NCBI GenBank assembly: GCA_028023455.1
Contig: JAQFVV010000011.1
Location: 2,356,001-2,420,000 of the forward strand
DNA: 64,000 nucleotides
Direction of reading: 5' to 3'
Source of the DNA: Epiperipatus broadwayi
Lineage: Eukaryota > Animalia > Onychophora
Below the pieces are notes generated by a model, which was not told the DNA's origin, did no database searches, and saw nothing but the letters and a program-made list of their open reading frames with translations. The position numbers were made by a program, and so were the translations under genes. Each line of letters starts with the position of its first letter. Position 1 is the stretch's first letter. Of this stretch, positions 1 through 12,272 are shown piece after piece.

Positions 1-725
1 CATAATTAAAATAAATCTTGATGCCCTACCAACTAAATGGTTTTTGGTAAACAGAAGAGGATTCAATAACATTGACCCACTATGCCAACTCTGTGGCCGG
101 GAATCAGAGACATTTGAGCACATTTTAAACATCTGCCCCAATCTCAACAGTATCAGACAATTAATCCACACAAACTCAAAGATCAACTTTCAAATAATTA
201 ACTCAATCCAGCACTGCCTTGGCACAAAAACATTTGCATGGATAAGACTATCCACATTCCTCACCTTTTCCATCTGGTCCGTCCGCTGCAAGCTAGCCTT
301 TGAAGGAGCTCATTTAAATCCTCTTCAACTCTTCATTAACATCATCAACAATATCAAAAAAAGGGATGAAATCCTTTCTACCTCTATGGCCTTCTTTGAG
401 ACATGGAGACTGTTTGAAGTTCCGATACAACAATAATGCAAACACTGCAACAAACCCACATCAAACCCACCATCAAAAAGCAATATATTTATCATCCCTA
501 TAAATATTCTATGGTCACTCTAAGCATCAACCTGTTGCAGAAACACAATGTCGTTCAATTGAAATACTGCAACCACTATCAATACAAAGTTGTACAAGAT
601 AGACCAATGTCCACATAATAATACATGCATGAGAACTCTTAACCTTTTAACCAAGCTTAACCTGTTATCCTGTAAATCATAATACTATGTATATTTTGTG
701 TTAAATAAATTTCTTGATAAAAAAA
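1..725 (+). mobile_element. 3' end of an L1/Tx1-like non-LTR retrotransposon (C-terminal CCHC/zf-RVT region, 3' UTR, A-rich tail)
   Basis: ORF 44-436 has PLCQLCGRESETFEHILNICP (zinc knuckle) and FSIWSVRC. It is followed by a UTR ending in aataaa and an A-run (~705-735). The degraded copy at 23380-23700 (-) has the homologous NVDPLCMLYHRAEETHTH. Confidence 0.75.
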
Positions 726-1705
726 AGAATAAAAAATGTATGTTATGAGTTATAAGTTGGAATCAAAAGTAAAATACATAGGGGAGAAAACAAGCATATG
801 GATAAAAGAACAAACATATATTACTGAATCATTAAAAAAAATAAGAAACTAAAATAGAGCTGAGTTGGATATGTTTTTTAGAAAGTATGATAATAAACGG
901 AGAACTAAAATGATTTAGAAAGTGACCATATAAAGGATGGATAATAAAGTTTCCTGGAGATAAAACACTAATTAGAAAAATTGCATTAAACTATATTATA
1001 GCGAATTAATAATGTTTAAAATTGATGATAATGAAAAAACCTAAAAATAATAATACAAAAAGGCAGAAACAGATACGATAATTAAATATTAAGAAAATAC
1101 AAAAAAGAGATTAAACGTGTAGATAAATATCTATCCAGACAGTTAAACAGATGATAATGTTTGCAAGAGTAATTTTTTAGTTAAATGAATATTACATTTT
1201 TTAACATTTATTAAAAATTAGTTTATAAATTTAAGATACTTTTAAAATTATATTAGCATTGCTAATGAAGATTTGAGCAAAATGTAAAATTATCTTAAAG
1301 GCATTTTAATGTTTAATTTTAAATTATTTATTTCATATTTTAACAATTGCTGTAATAATGATATAATTTATTAATCGTGATTTGCATTACAACTAACATG
1401 TCTGCGTTTCCAGTAATTATTTTCAAGTCATTACCCCTCTATTTATTTCATACAATTACTCAAATATAGTTAGTTGTGATTCGCCTCCACGTGCTGCATA
1501 TTTAAATAATTAAGATGAAAAATATTCTCACTTGATAAAACACCGATGAAAATGACATATAACATTTAACTCTTCATATTTTTTAACGAAGCAAGAAATT
1601 ATAATAATTGATGTTGTTTTATCCATTTTAAAATGGAGAGTTTATAATAAACACGATTTCCCTCTCCCCACATTGTTTAATCTTACTTTCATGTTCTCTA
1701 ACACC

Positions 1706-1770
1706 TATAGGGTTTAGTTCAGTGGCAGAATGTTATATTCGTGAGCTAAAGGTTTTCTCCGGTACTCATC
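1706..1770 (+). repeat. Degenerate tRNA-derived SINE-like fragment
   Basis: tagttcagtggcagaatg resembles an A box and is followed by ggttttctccggtactc. The reverse complement of 13560-13628 is similar (tagtgtagtggtagaatg). Confidence 0.3.
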
Positions 1771-3954
1771 ACACAATTTCCTGAACAACTAACTACTTAA
1801 TTATCTTCTCTAAACATTTCCTTTATATAAATATATATCTGATTTTATTAATTATTTATAATTTCTTTAAAACCATGAGCAAATGGTTCAATAGTTGAAC
1901 AATTTGCTGATGAGAAGATGGCTAATACTTCAATCTAAATTGAGGTTTAAAAAGTATTTATGAGTAAAAGACCAAAGATCATTCTAACAAGCTATTATAG
2001 AAATTCAGCCGTTACTTATTAGTTAAGTCAGGTGATAGGTGATGAAAATTTAAAAGTTTTCCCCATTCTTTTTACTCCCACATTAGAATAGCTATATACC
2101 ATTCATAGAGCAATATTAAATGATTGATTGAATTAGCTATGAGTCAGCCACATAAAAAAAAATCCTAAACCTGATTTTTTTTTTTTTAATTTACTTGCCT
2201 GATATTTGAAACCAGGCTGTTGGTATGGCAGGTATAATTTAGATTCTATTCTGAATCAAGACCAAATAAATGGTCATCCCAAAATTACTTTGAATTTTTA
2301 TTACTTCTTTCACTATTAAAAACTTGGGCTCTACTTGATAATAATAACTTTTGACCAATTAAACGTAATAAATTTTACATTCATTATTAAATAAAATAAA
2401 GGGAGTCAATATTTTATTATTTACGTTAATTTATTTTAAACTTAATTTCAAATTAATTAATCGTTATATATGTTAACTAACGTATTATTTTCCGTTCAGC
2501 GTTATAATATTAAATAATGGCGGCATCTTTCTAGAAGCAACCCGTTAGTTTTAAATACATAACCGAATACTAGATGGTAAGATAAGCCCTCTTTTCTTGT
2601 AGAAAACTGATTTAAACTGTTTTTTTTTTTTTTTTCACAGCAATTAAAGTTAATCGACTGAAAATATCAAAAACTTTTAAGATTTACCTAAGTCAAATAG
2701 AATGCATTGTATAAGTCTGTCAGCAGAATATTTCAGTTCAAACATTTTAATATTTTTGACAAAAAAATAAAAAATATTAATACGACAGAGAAACGATATC
2801 CATTATTTTTGCTCCAAGCCCCCTAGTATATACAACTGGTAAGTTCTCAAGCTGTGTTTACAATGCATATTGTTTACCATATAGTCCTATAGGTGTGCAG
2901 TGTTTTTCGATGCACACACACATATATGTATATAACACAGTGCTTTTTAAATATACATTCATATAGAAATTTATTGTTATAATATATCTAAAAAAATTTA
3001 AAAATACTAGAAAGCAGTTATTAAAGATTAATTGAGAAAATATATTTATATACATACATATTACTTTCAATATTCACTTATTTACATTCACCAGGAAGCA
3101 CCCCTCCACATTTACCAACAAATTACTAGTTAAAAACACAAGATTGCAATATAGACCCCTCGGATATTTTCGTGACCACATGGTCTCTCCTAAAGACCAA
3201 TTCAACCTATAAACCAACACTGTCAGTATCTGTCCCTCCAGAATGAGCATATGCTCAACCTTATTACTAACCATCACCAAACATCATCCATTCCAGAATT
3301 TTACTATGTATGACTGAGAGTTTTTTCTGTTCCTCAGCATCCTCACCACAAAAGGCCAGGGCCAAAGAATGCTACCATCCTAGTCAAACTCAAGATAAAT
3401 GAACTTTTATTCCCAAGACATGAACTTTATTCCCTCTCTTTTCTTTTTCTCCTCCCCCAATCCTCTCCCCTTACCAACACCACTGCAACCTAAATCCACA
3501 ATACCCATCAATCTCATATAACATTTTAATCTAATATATGTCTTGTTCCCTTTGACATAAGTTATAAAACTCATCATCAATAAAAATCATGTATGATTAC
3601 TAATATATTTTCACACTGTGAAATATTTTCATGTAATCTTATTCCCTTTAATGGTACTGTAAGCATCTATGTTAACAAACATATTCAGTAACCAATCACT
3701 TGTAAACACTTTTGAACAATGCTGTAAGTTTTTCTGATATCATGCTTGTGAAACATGTCATGCCAATGTAACCATGGCAAAACTTTGTAAAATTCATGTT
3801 ATGCAATTAAGTATATTGCTGAAAATCATGATGATGATGATGATAATTATGATGATGGAGGTGGTGGTGGTAAAAATAATAATAATAAATTTACTATAAT
3901 GATTTTTAAATTAATATGCTATACAGGCTTACACCTGCACATACAGATATATAT

Positions 3955-4255
3955 AAGGTATTCGAACTCAGACTTTCACACAACCCTCAACTCTTCAAGC
4001 CATCTCATATTGCTGACCCATCTGATCACACACATGTTGAAAAGATAAATAATCACCAATATACATATTTTATGCTAAACCAGCACTCATCAGTTGGTCC
4101 AAATTACCATCTCCACACATATATACAATCAGTGCTCAGTTTTATATTAAGATAGCCAATCTTCATACTTTAATGGACAGGCTTCAAACTACTCCAACTC
4201 ACAACTTTTCAGCCTTCCATTTCATTGAAAATCTGATAATGAAATGCAGACTTTG
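3955..4255 (-). repeat. Family A hammerhead-bearing repeat, copy A1
   Basis: Aligns by eye to copies at 29.4, 30.7, 31.2, 31.5 and 33.0 kb. Hammerhead motif at 4055-4098 (-) has GAAA mutated to AAAA. Confidence 0.85.
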
Positions 4256-4300
4256 ACCTTGTGAAGTGGTTGATGCATCAGATCAATTAGTTTACATTGC

Positions 4301-4541
4301 AAACCACTAAACATCACATGATCACTATCTCATACTAGCACAATAATTGTTATTAAACAATTCAAAATACAGCAAAACTCTCCATATAGTAGTGCCATCT
4401 TGTGCTAACAAGAGCAATCAATGGATGAGTAGGCACTAGATAGGGATTTTATGCACAAGCCTTCTGGCATCCATTGATTGCTCTTGTTGCACAAGATGGC
4501 ACTACTATATGGAGAGTTTTGCTGTATTTTGAATTGTTTAA
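4301..4541. mobile_element. Family B foldback copy B1 (PLE pseudo-LTR-like), hammerhead region deleted
   Basis: Near-perfect inverted arms 4356-4427 and 4467-4540. Candidate TSD tttacattgcaa at 4291-4302 and 4542-4553. Confidence 0.8.
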
Positions 4542-5365
4542 TTTACATTGCAACTGAACACTTTAGTAGTCTTGTTATTGACAGACCACAGCTTTTGCAA
4601 GCTGTTTTGCCTTAAAGTCCACATCGACTTTGGAATTTATACATCCATTTCTACTTGTAGTTTCGCATTGCATATTCTCAGTTAAATTTTTCATACAAAC
4701 TTTGAGTCCCCTGATGTAGTGCAAAAACATTAAAAAAAATATTATATATTTTTTTGTTCTCATTACTTAATTTGTATTTTTTTTTAATTTAAAAATAAAC
4801 CCATTTTCTACTGCTATGAAGGTGGGATGAAATATTTAATTAAATTTAATATAAACAGTAATTGGAGAATACATTGCTACAAAAATATTACCTATTATTT
4901 AGCATTATTTAATACTAATCTTATATATTTGTGATATATTGTTTACAAGATTATTAAAATAAATAGAGTCTGCTCTGTGAATATGATTTAATGTCAGGTC
5001 AAATAAGGGTGTTTACACACATTCATAGATACTGGATATTATAATTGTCATTGTGTAAATCTGTTTCTATTAAATATATCACAAGATGTAAAATGAAAAT
5101 GGATTCATTTTTTGTTTTGTATTACAATAAGATGTTACAAGATGTGGTCTTAAATTTAATATAGGTGATGTTTTGATTATTACGTTATTCAGCACTGTTG
5201 ATTTCTAACATTATGTATTTACAATGAGTTATTATAATAAATATTTAGAGATTTTGCTTTATGAAAATGACTTAAGGCTGATTTAATTAAAGCTAGTCCT
5301 AAAAATTCAATAGATAAGAGATTGAATCTCCTAATTGCCTTTGTCTAAACCTGTTTTCCGTATAT

Positions 5366-5730
5366 ATATATGTAATATTCAAATTAATATATATATCAAA
5401 ATACAATAAAATTGACATAAATTATAGTTGTTTTTAGAAGTACTTTGGACTATACATCTTGTACTCTTTAGCAACCATATAACATTGTATAATCAAAATG
5501 AGACATCCTTTCACAATACCTATAGTTCAATTTAAATCAAATGTTAAAATAACAGAATTGGGGGAGAACTAAATCTAAATTGAATTATGGGTATTGTGAA
5601 AGGATGTCTTGTTTTGATTATTCAATGTTGTATAGTTGATAAAGACTACAAGATACTTCTAAAAATGATAATAATTTATGTGAATTTTACTGTATTTTGA
5701 TAAATTTATTGATTTCAATATTACATATAT
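5366..5730. mobile_element. MITE-like foldback with ~160-bp imperfect arms
   Basis: 5370-5535 is the reverse complement of 5575-5728 (e.g. gacatcctttcacaatacc / ggtattgtgaaaggatgtc; atatgtaatatt / aatattacatat). TA-rich flanks. Confidence 0.7.
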
Positions 5731-6473
5731 TTTGGAAAGAATACAGACATCAAACTTAATTTATTATATATATATATGACTGAAATTAAAATGAATTCAT
5801 TGTTTTCTGATTTGCTGGTAGACTATAAAATCACAAGGTGTTTAATTAAATTTGTATATGCTTATGATGAGTTATGTTGTTTGCAATGTTTTAGTTTTAA
5901 ATTTGTCTTGAAATATAATGACTATTTTGAACATCTATCGTGAACCTAGTTCAAAATCTCTATATCAAAATAGTTATTATTTTGCTCTTTATTTTAGGTG
6001 TAAGAAAACTAAACACCATAGTATCCTCTTTAAATTAATTATAGTAAAAATTAATTAATTATAGATTTTAATATTATTATTTATTATTCACTGATTTGTT
6101 TTACACTTTTTAAAACTTAATATAAATACATATTTTAGAAAGCCTTTTCAATCTTTCCTCTTTCCTTACATTTCTTTTTCATTTTTTATTTTATTACCAT
6201 CACTCACTCGGATTAGAGTAAGGCTGGAACGTCATAAGCACCCTTTAATAATAATCCAGCAATTCTAATTTTAATCTTTTTTTCTTTGTTAATTTTTTTT
6301 ATGTATGTAAAGACGGAATCACTTTTAACTTTGTAACTTAAATTTATCTTTCTAATCTTTTTTTTCTTCTGAAGTTAGAATGATCATAATTTACATACAG
6401 TTGTTGATGATGAAAATAACTACAGTATTTTGTTTTGAACCATGTTGATATAAATAATAGTAATTAAAAAAAA

Positions 6474-6588
6474 TATGATTTTTTTCATGTGTCATAGCAT
6501 CGGTTGGGAGGCGAACCCGCAACAACCGTCTGCAACCAACTACTTGCTTGCAAGACGGCTGCGCTGACATCTCGGCTAACAACGCTTG
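6474..6588 (-). mobile_element. tRNA-derived SINE (~100 bp, probably tRNA-Ala-like), copy S1
   Basis: The minus strand has A-box-like tagccgagatgtcagc, anticodon-loop-like cttgcaa, B-box-like gggttcgcctccc, gatgctatgacac and an A-rich tail. Flanking repeat aaaaa(a/t)tatgattttt. Confidence 0.75.
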
Positions 6589-6600
6589 ATAAAAATTATG

Positions 6601-6710
6601 ATTTTTTTTTTTTTTTAAGTGTCATAGCATCGGCAGGGACGCGAACCCGCAACCCGGGCAACTGCCTGCAAGTGCAAGGCAGTCGCGCTGACCTCTCGAC
6701 CACCATTGCA
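6601..6710 (-). mobile_element. tRNA-derived SINE, copy S2 (second subfamily), adjacent to S1
   Basis: Same ends as S1 (ggtcgagaggtcagcgc ... gggttcgcgtccc ... gatgctatgacac, poly-A) but a different variable region (cagttgcccgggtt). Confidence 0.75.
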
Positions 6711-9700
6711 AGTAAAAAAAAAGATTTTTTAGATAGATATTAAACAATATTGCAAATTATAGCAAAAAAAGTTACTGCATAAATTGGCTTAAAAATTTTC
6801 TTGTGGATAAAATATTTCATATCTTGGAAATAAATAATGGAATTTTTTCCTTATATATACATGTGTATAAGAACCAGATATGCTGCATGCAGGGTCAGCA
6901 TTAAAGTTGCCTAAAATCTGATATTCAATTTTTTACTTTATCTTAATGTATGACGGGGGGGGGGTATAATTTGATATTTTAAGTATTTTTTAGTAATTTA
7001 TATTGTGACATGGTTATAGACAATGGTATCAGTGTAAATGGATGACAATCAAAAGTCAGCCTGAATACTTTTTTTATTGGTTAATTAATATATATAGGTT
7101 GGAAACTATTCAGAAATATAATATCATTTTGAGAGTTAGTCGCTATCTCTCTATATAAAATTCCTATTTTCTCTGTTGTCTGAATAGTGAATGTATGTTT
7201 GTCCATTAATGTTTGTCCATAAGACTGTCACATGTCAAATTCACAAACAATTAAAAAAAGATTATGTTTATGCAAGAAAATAAGTCTACCATTAATAAAA
7301 AATCAGTACATGTGCTTTGAACTAGTGTATAGTACTTAAATCACACAGAAAATGTGACACAGAAAATGTGATTACAATACAGAAAATGTGATATTTAGTG
7401 GGGAGGGAATAGATGTAACAGCGCCATATTTACATTTAATTTTGGTTAATGTATAATTAAAGTTGAAATGGGGATGTTGCACAATCCTGACATTTATTTA
7501 TGTGATACTAAAATTTAATTTATGTTAAATCTTAAAAAAAATTATTAAAGCAACCAATTAAAAAAAACACACAGCCTATTTAGGCTGGGTCATCCATATT
7601 TATAATAATATGAAAATGTTTCCAGTGCATATCACTGTCTGAAATAAATAATCAAATGCCTATTCACTTCATAGAGAGCGCAGATGAAAATTTCTTAATG
7701 TTTGAGATGATCAGATATTAATTTATAGTAACACACGTGCATACCCACACACACGCACACACAAGGCTTTTTTTTATTTATAACCTATTAAGATTAACAG
7801 TTTTTAAAGTCATAAATTATTTGTCTGATTTATTTATGCATTAAACAGTTGACTAATGCATAAACATTATAAAAAAATCTGTAGATTCCAACCAGGAAAT
7901 TAATTTGACTTTTGTTACTGTATGCACTAAAATGTGTTTCAAAAGCATTCACATTTTTGATGCATGTGTGTGTGTGTGTACACATAAGAGGCATATTTAA
8001 TCTATTATAATAATACCAACATAATTACGTAATTAATACATTACACAGCTATCTCTTATAATATTATTACCTATAACATTTAGGCAACTTTTATTAGCTC
8101 ATTATTTAACTAAAATATATGGTGTTACGTAATAGCCAATTTCTGAATTGTGAACTATGACAGTATAAAATCTACAGTTTGATCAGTTGTATTAAGTCCA
8201 AACATAACTAAGCACAAATCAGAATCAACTTGAATCTTATTTATATTAACCAAACATCACTTGTTTTATTTTAAAATATAAAAGACTTTATAGATAACTA
8301 TGATGTTCTTTAATATAATTATATTCTAAATAAAATTCTATTCAGTTCTGATTTGTGATTAGCGACGTTAGACTTTGCACAGCTGATATAAGAAGTTTTT
8401 CTGAAACTGGTGCAACGAGGCTTAAACTGTTGGCATTTACAATTCAGAATTTAATTAAGATATATTAATTAAATAATGAATTAACAGATGGTGTTTAAAT
8501 GCATTTACTTGGTAATCTCAGCACATGCTCTATGCTTAAATATTATAAAAAAATTATTTTCACAAACATAATAATATCAAGTAATTTTATTGCATGTTTT
8601 GAAAGGTTTGTGTTTGGACACACTTTCATAAGTCAAAGAATGTAAAATGTTGTTGAAATGAATAAGCATAGAGATCATGGGTGGTCCTGAAACTGTTGAA
8701 TTGGTACTCTGGTAACGAAAAATTATATTGTAATTGCCTAATCAATCTTCAATCATATTTTATCTAAAGAATTTATTATATTAAATAAATATTCACCAAT
8801 CTTTTTCCTGAAACTAATAAAATAAAATATGAATATAAGCCATTAGGTAAGACACATTTCAATTGGTGAATTCTTCGCTTATTTTAAATTTTATCTAAAG
8901 GTTGAGATATACCTAATAACACACAAATAGATATATATCTATTTGATATATACCTATTTATTAAGAAATAATGAACAGCAAGTGGTTTTTGATAAACCTT
9001 GCAGTATTTTTCTTTACAAAAATTATTTTTATTTATAAAATTAGTAAAAATCAAACCAAGATCATGACTGAGTTTTTCAAATTTAAAATCTCCATGGCTT
9101 TCAATAGCAAATGTAAACAGTAAAAATTTGATGAGAGTAAAACGGAAATATTATTGAAGTAACCAATGTAAAATTTAATTTTTTTGCATTATATTAAGAT
9201 TAAAAAATATCATTTATCTTTATACAAAAGTTGAATAGTAGTGCACCAAGATTATATTGTGAGTTTGAAAATCAGCATATGGATTGTAAAAGATTGGCCA
9301 CTCTTGTACTAACCACAATATCACAAACCCTTACAATGAAATAAAATTCCATGTATATTACCAACATCATCACATGATGTTATTGGCATTAATCTTTATT
9401 AAAAGACCCACAATTGGCATAAAACTGAGATTTCTAAAATATCAAAAACTTACCTGGCATCAGTTCCATAAAATTTTGCAAACAAGTGAACCGTATTAAA
9501 ATAAGTATGTTTCATAAGTATATTGGCATTTGATAATATTTTTAAAAAAACTTTTAAAAAAAAGTAAAATTTAAAAATGTTTAATAGAGCAATTGAATTT
9601 TCTTTTTTAATTAGTGTAATTTTTTTACAATGAAAGTTATTTTCATGCTTAATGTTATCTGTTTAATTAAAAATAATAATTAGAATTGGAAAGAATAAAA

Positions 9701-10084
9701 ATACTTCAAGATTACTAATCCAGACAAAAAACAAAAAGAAATTCCAAACATAAAAGATGAGAACAGTAAAAACTTTTTTAACGCTAATTAAACATAGTGA
9801 AAATATTTTGTAAAAAAGAAACTTTGTAGCTGAAAATAAGAAACAATATACAAGATTATTATCTTGTATTCGGATAATAAAACAAGAGATAAAATGTATG
9901 CACAGAAAACTAAAAAACTGGTCGAGATCATTTGCTAGTTTTGTCATGCATAAATGGTGAGAGGGCAGGGCTAGATGCAGTTCCTGTTCCCTCAATGCAA
10001 TAAATGCCCCATCTAAGAATATTGATAAGCTGAATCGTGTCAGGTGTGAATAGAAATTGAAGCATGTGGACACATTCTTTTGGC

Positions 10085-10225
10085 ATAAAGATGTTACTTC
10101 AAAACCTAACTATAAAACTAAACCTAAAACTAACCCTAAAACTAACCCTAAACCTAACAACTTTTACTTTTTATTGTCATTCTATTTGAAGTAAAAATAT
10201 AGCCGTAACATCTCTTTGTCTGTAA
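10085..10225. repeat. Short element with telomere-like (ctaacc/ctaaacc) microsatellite between short inverted repeats
   Basis: aaagatgttac (~10087) and gtaacatct (~10206) flank ctaaaactaaccctaaaactaaccctaaacctaac. Confidence 0.4.
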
Positions 10226-11499
10226 AAAAAAAAAAAAGTAAAACGAAGATTAAAAAAATAAAAAATAGACTAGAAAATTTTACTTTTTATTATGATTATT
10301 ATTTTTTAGTTAAACAATAACAACAAAAAAAGTCATAACACAAGTAAAAAAATATCTGATAAAAAACTGATAAAAAAAGTCCGTAACACAATTAAAAAAA
10401 TATACGATAGAAAAAACACGAATCAAATTGTAATTTGTTGATTTTATTTTACATTTATTATTATCATTTAAATTGTATATGTTAATAAAAAAATAATATT
10501 TATAAAAGACGATTTTGTTTTGTTTTTATTTTCGCATTACAAAAAAGCACAGCAAAATTATTATAATCAACAGCCCGGGAATGGTCATATTTTATAGTTT
10601 AGTTTGAAAACGGCACCATCCAACGGAATCTTTATCTATAAGACAAGCACCCTACTCTCTGATAAACTGTTTTAATTATTAAAATGTGAACTATTTGGAA
10701 TTTATTAAACATTTAACATTAAAATTTGGATTAGCATGTATTTCTTTTCCAATTCTATTTAACAATTTATCTTTTAAATATTTTAATTTGTTAGAATAAA
10801 ATATTTCTAATATCAACATTTCATTGTGCATTATTAATATTAATTATTAAATTTATTAATGTTAGTTAATTGTGTGAGAAATGTATAAATTATCTTTGCC
10901 AATATTTATAGTTAAGCCCTGGGAAAGATTCATATAAAAGCTTTAAAATGACAAGAAACATTAATTCCCAATTTTTTAATAATTTGCTTCGTAAATGATG
11001 ATGTGATATGACACAACAGATCAGTGAATTCTTGTGTAGAATTCTAGTGCCCTGTACTAAATAAATAAAAACCTGATTCCACCAGCAGTGTATATCATAG
11101 TAAGTAATATTAGGTCAAGTTAATCAGGAAATATAGCTATGTTTTTAGAAGAATGAATGAAATATTTTTCTTCTTCATAGCTTGATTAACTCATGCATTA
11201 TAGTGTGTAATAGTAGGCCTAACCGAATGTGAAAAATGTTACACAAGTTTGTTTGAATTCAAAGCATAGTTTTTTTTTAAATTTTAAACTAGTATCCTGA
11301 ATAATATAAATAAATAAAATGTGGCTATTAGATGTATGAGTGCATTAGTTTCAATTTAAAATCTTCATTGACTAATACAATAGCTAGAAAATGTTCTGGA
11401 GATATGAATATTACAGTACTATATCAAATGGAATTTGTTGATTGGCTCTAGAATAAGATGATCAAATCTACTCTTAGAAGTGTATTTGTAATCCTATAA

Positions 11500-12272
11500 T
11501 GTAATTTTCACTACACCACTCTTACACAAGATAGGGACTAGCTTCTATATTTTAACACCTTGTGGAGGGATGCAATCATAGACATATGATGAAATATATG
11601 TGAAAAAGGTGTTTGATCCCAAAGATACACATTTTGTGTTAAACCAGCACTCATAAGTTGGTTCAGACCACAATTTCTTATCATTGTTCAATATATATAA
11701 ATAGGGAATTACTACATGTGATGATATTTTGGATTATTTCCATCATCTATCATTAAATGTTGAATGTCTAAAAAAAAATTAAAATTTTCTAAACATTAAT
11801 GGTAGATGATGATAATAGTCTAACATATTATCATATCTAATGTACCATAATCACTAACCTTCAGGCAAATAGGGAATTACTAGTCTAATTGATAAGTTAA
11901 AGTTACACTACAGAATTATTATTCATTAAATGGATAATCCCTAGATTAATGAATGACTAATAAAAATTATTAACATACTTCCATCAAATGGTTTGGATCA
12001 AAGTTGTGAGGGCAATAAGTTTGACCCTTATCAATTAAACTGTAGTAATTCCCTATCTACATATACTGAACAATGATAAAGATATGTATATGAGATTGGG
12101 ATCTGGGCCAATGTGAGTATTGGTTCAGCATAAAATCTGCATCTTGGCAATCATACATCTTTTTTATAGGGTGATTATATAGTTATAATTACAACCCTCC
12201 ACAAGGTGTTAACAGTTGACAGAAATCAGGACCTACCTTGCTTTAGAGTGGTGTAGTGAAAATTATACTACA
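11500..12272. repeat. Decayed head-to-head pair of family A-related repeats
   Basis: 11500-11718 is the reverse complement of 12040-12272 (cactacaccactct, ttaacaccttgtggaggg, gggaattactac). Each arm has a degenerate family A hammerhead region (aaccagcactcataagttgg). Confidence 0.7.

Noticed and set aside
3080-3830. C-rich segment with (gat)n tail resembling a LINE 3' end
   Set aside because: No protein motif recovered in the frames I translated; too degraded to support.
6474-6710. Possible tRNA genes
   Set aside because: No acceptor stem, an extended variable region, a poly-A tail and TSDs indicate SINEs.
9455-9530. Strong minus-strand donor (cag|gtaagt) after a short open frame MKHTYFNTVHLFAKFYGTDA
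   Set aside because: No convincing acceptor, no recognisable protein similarity and no partner exon found.
9663-10073. 136-aa minus-strand ORF
   Set aside because: Non-ATG start, low-complexity F/L/I composition and no recognisable motif.
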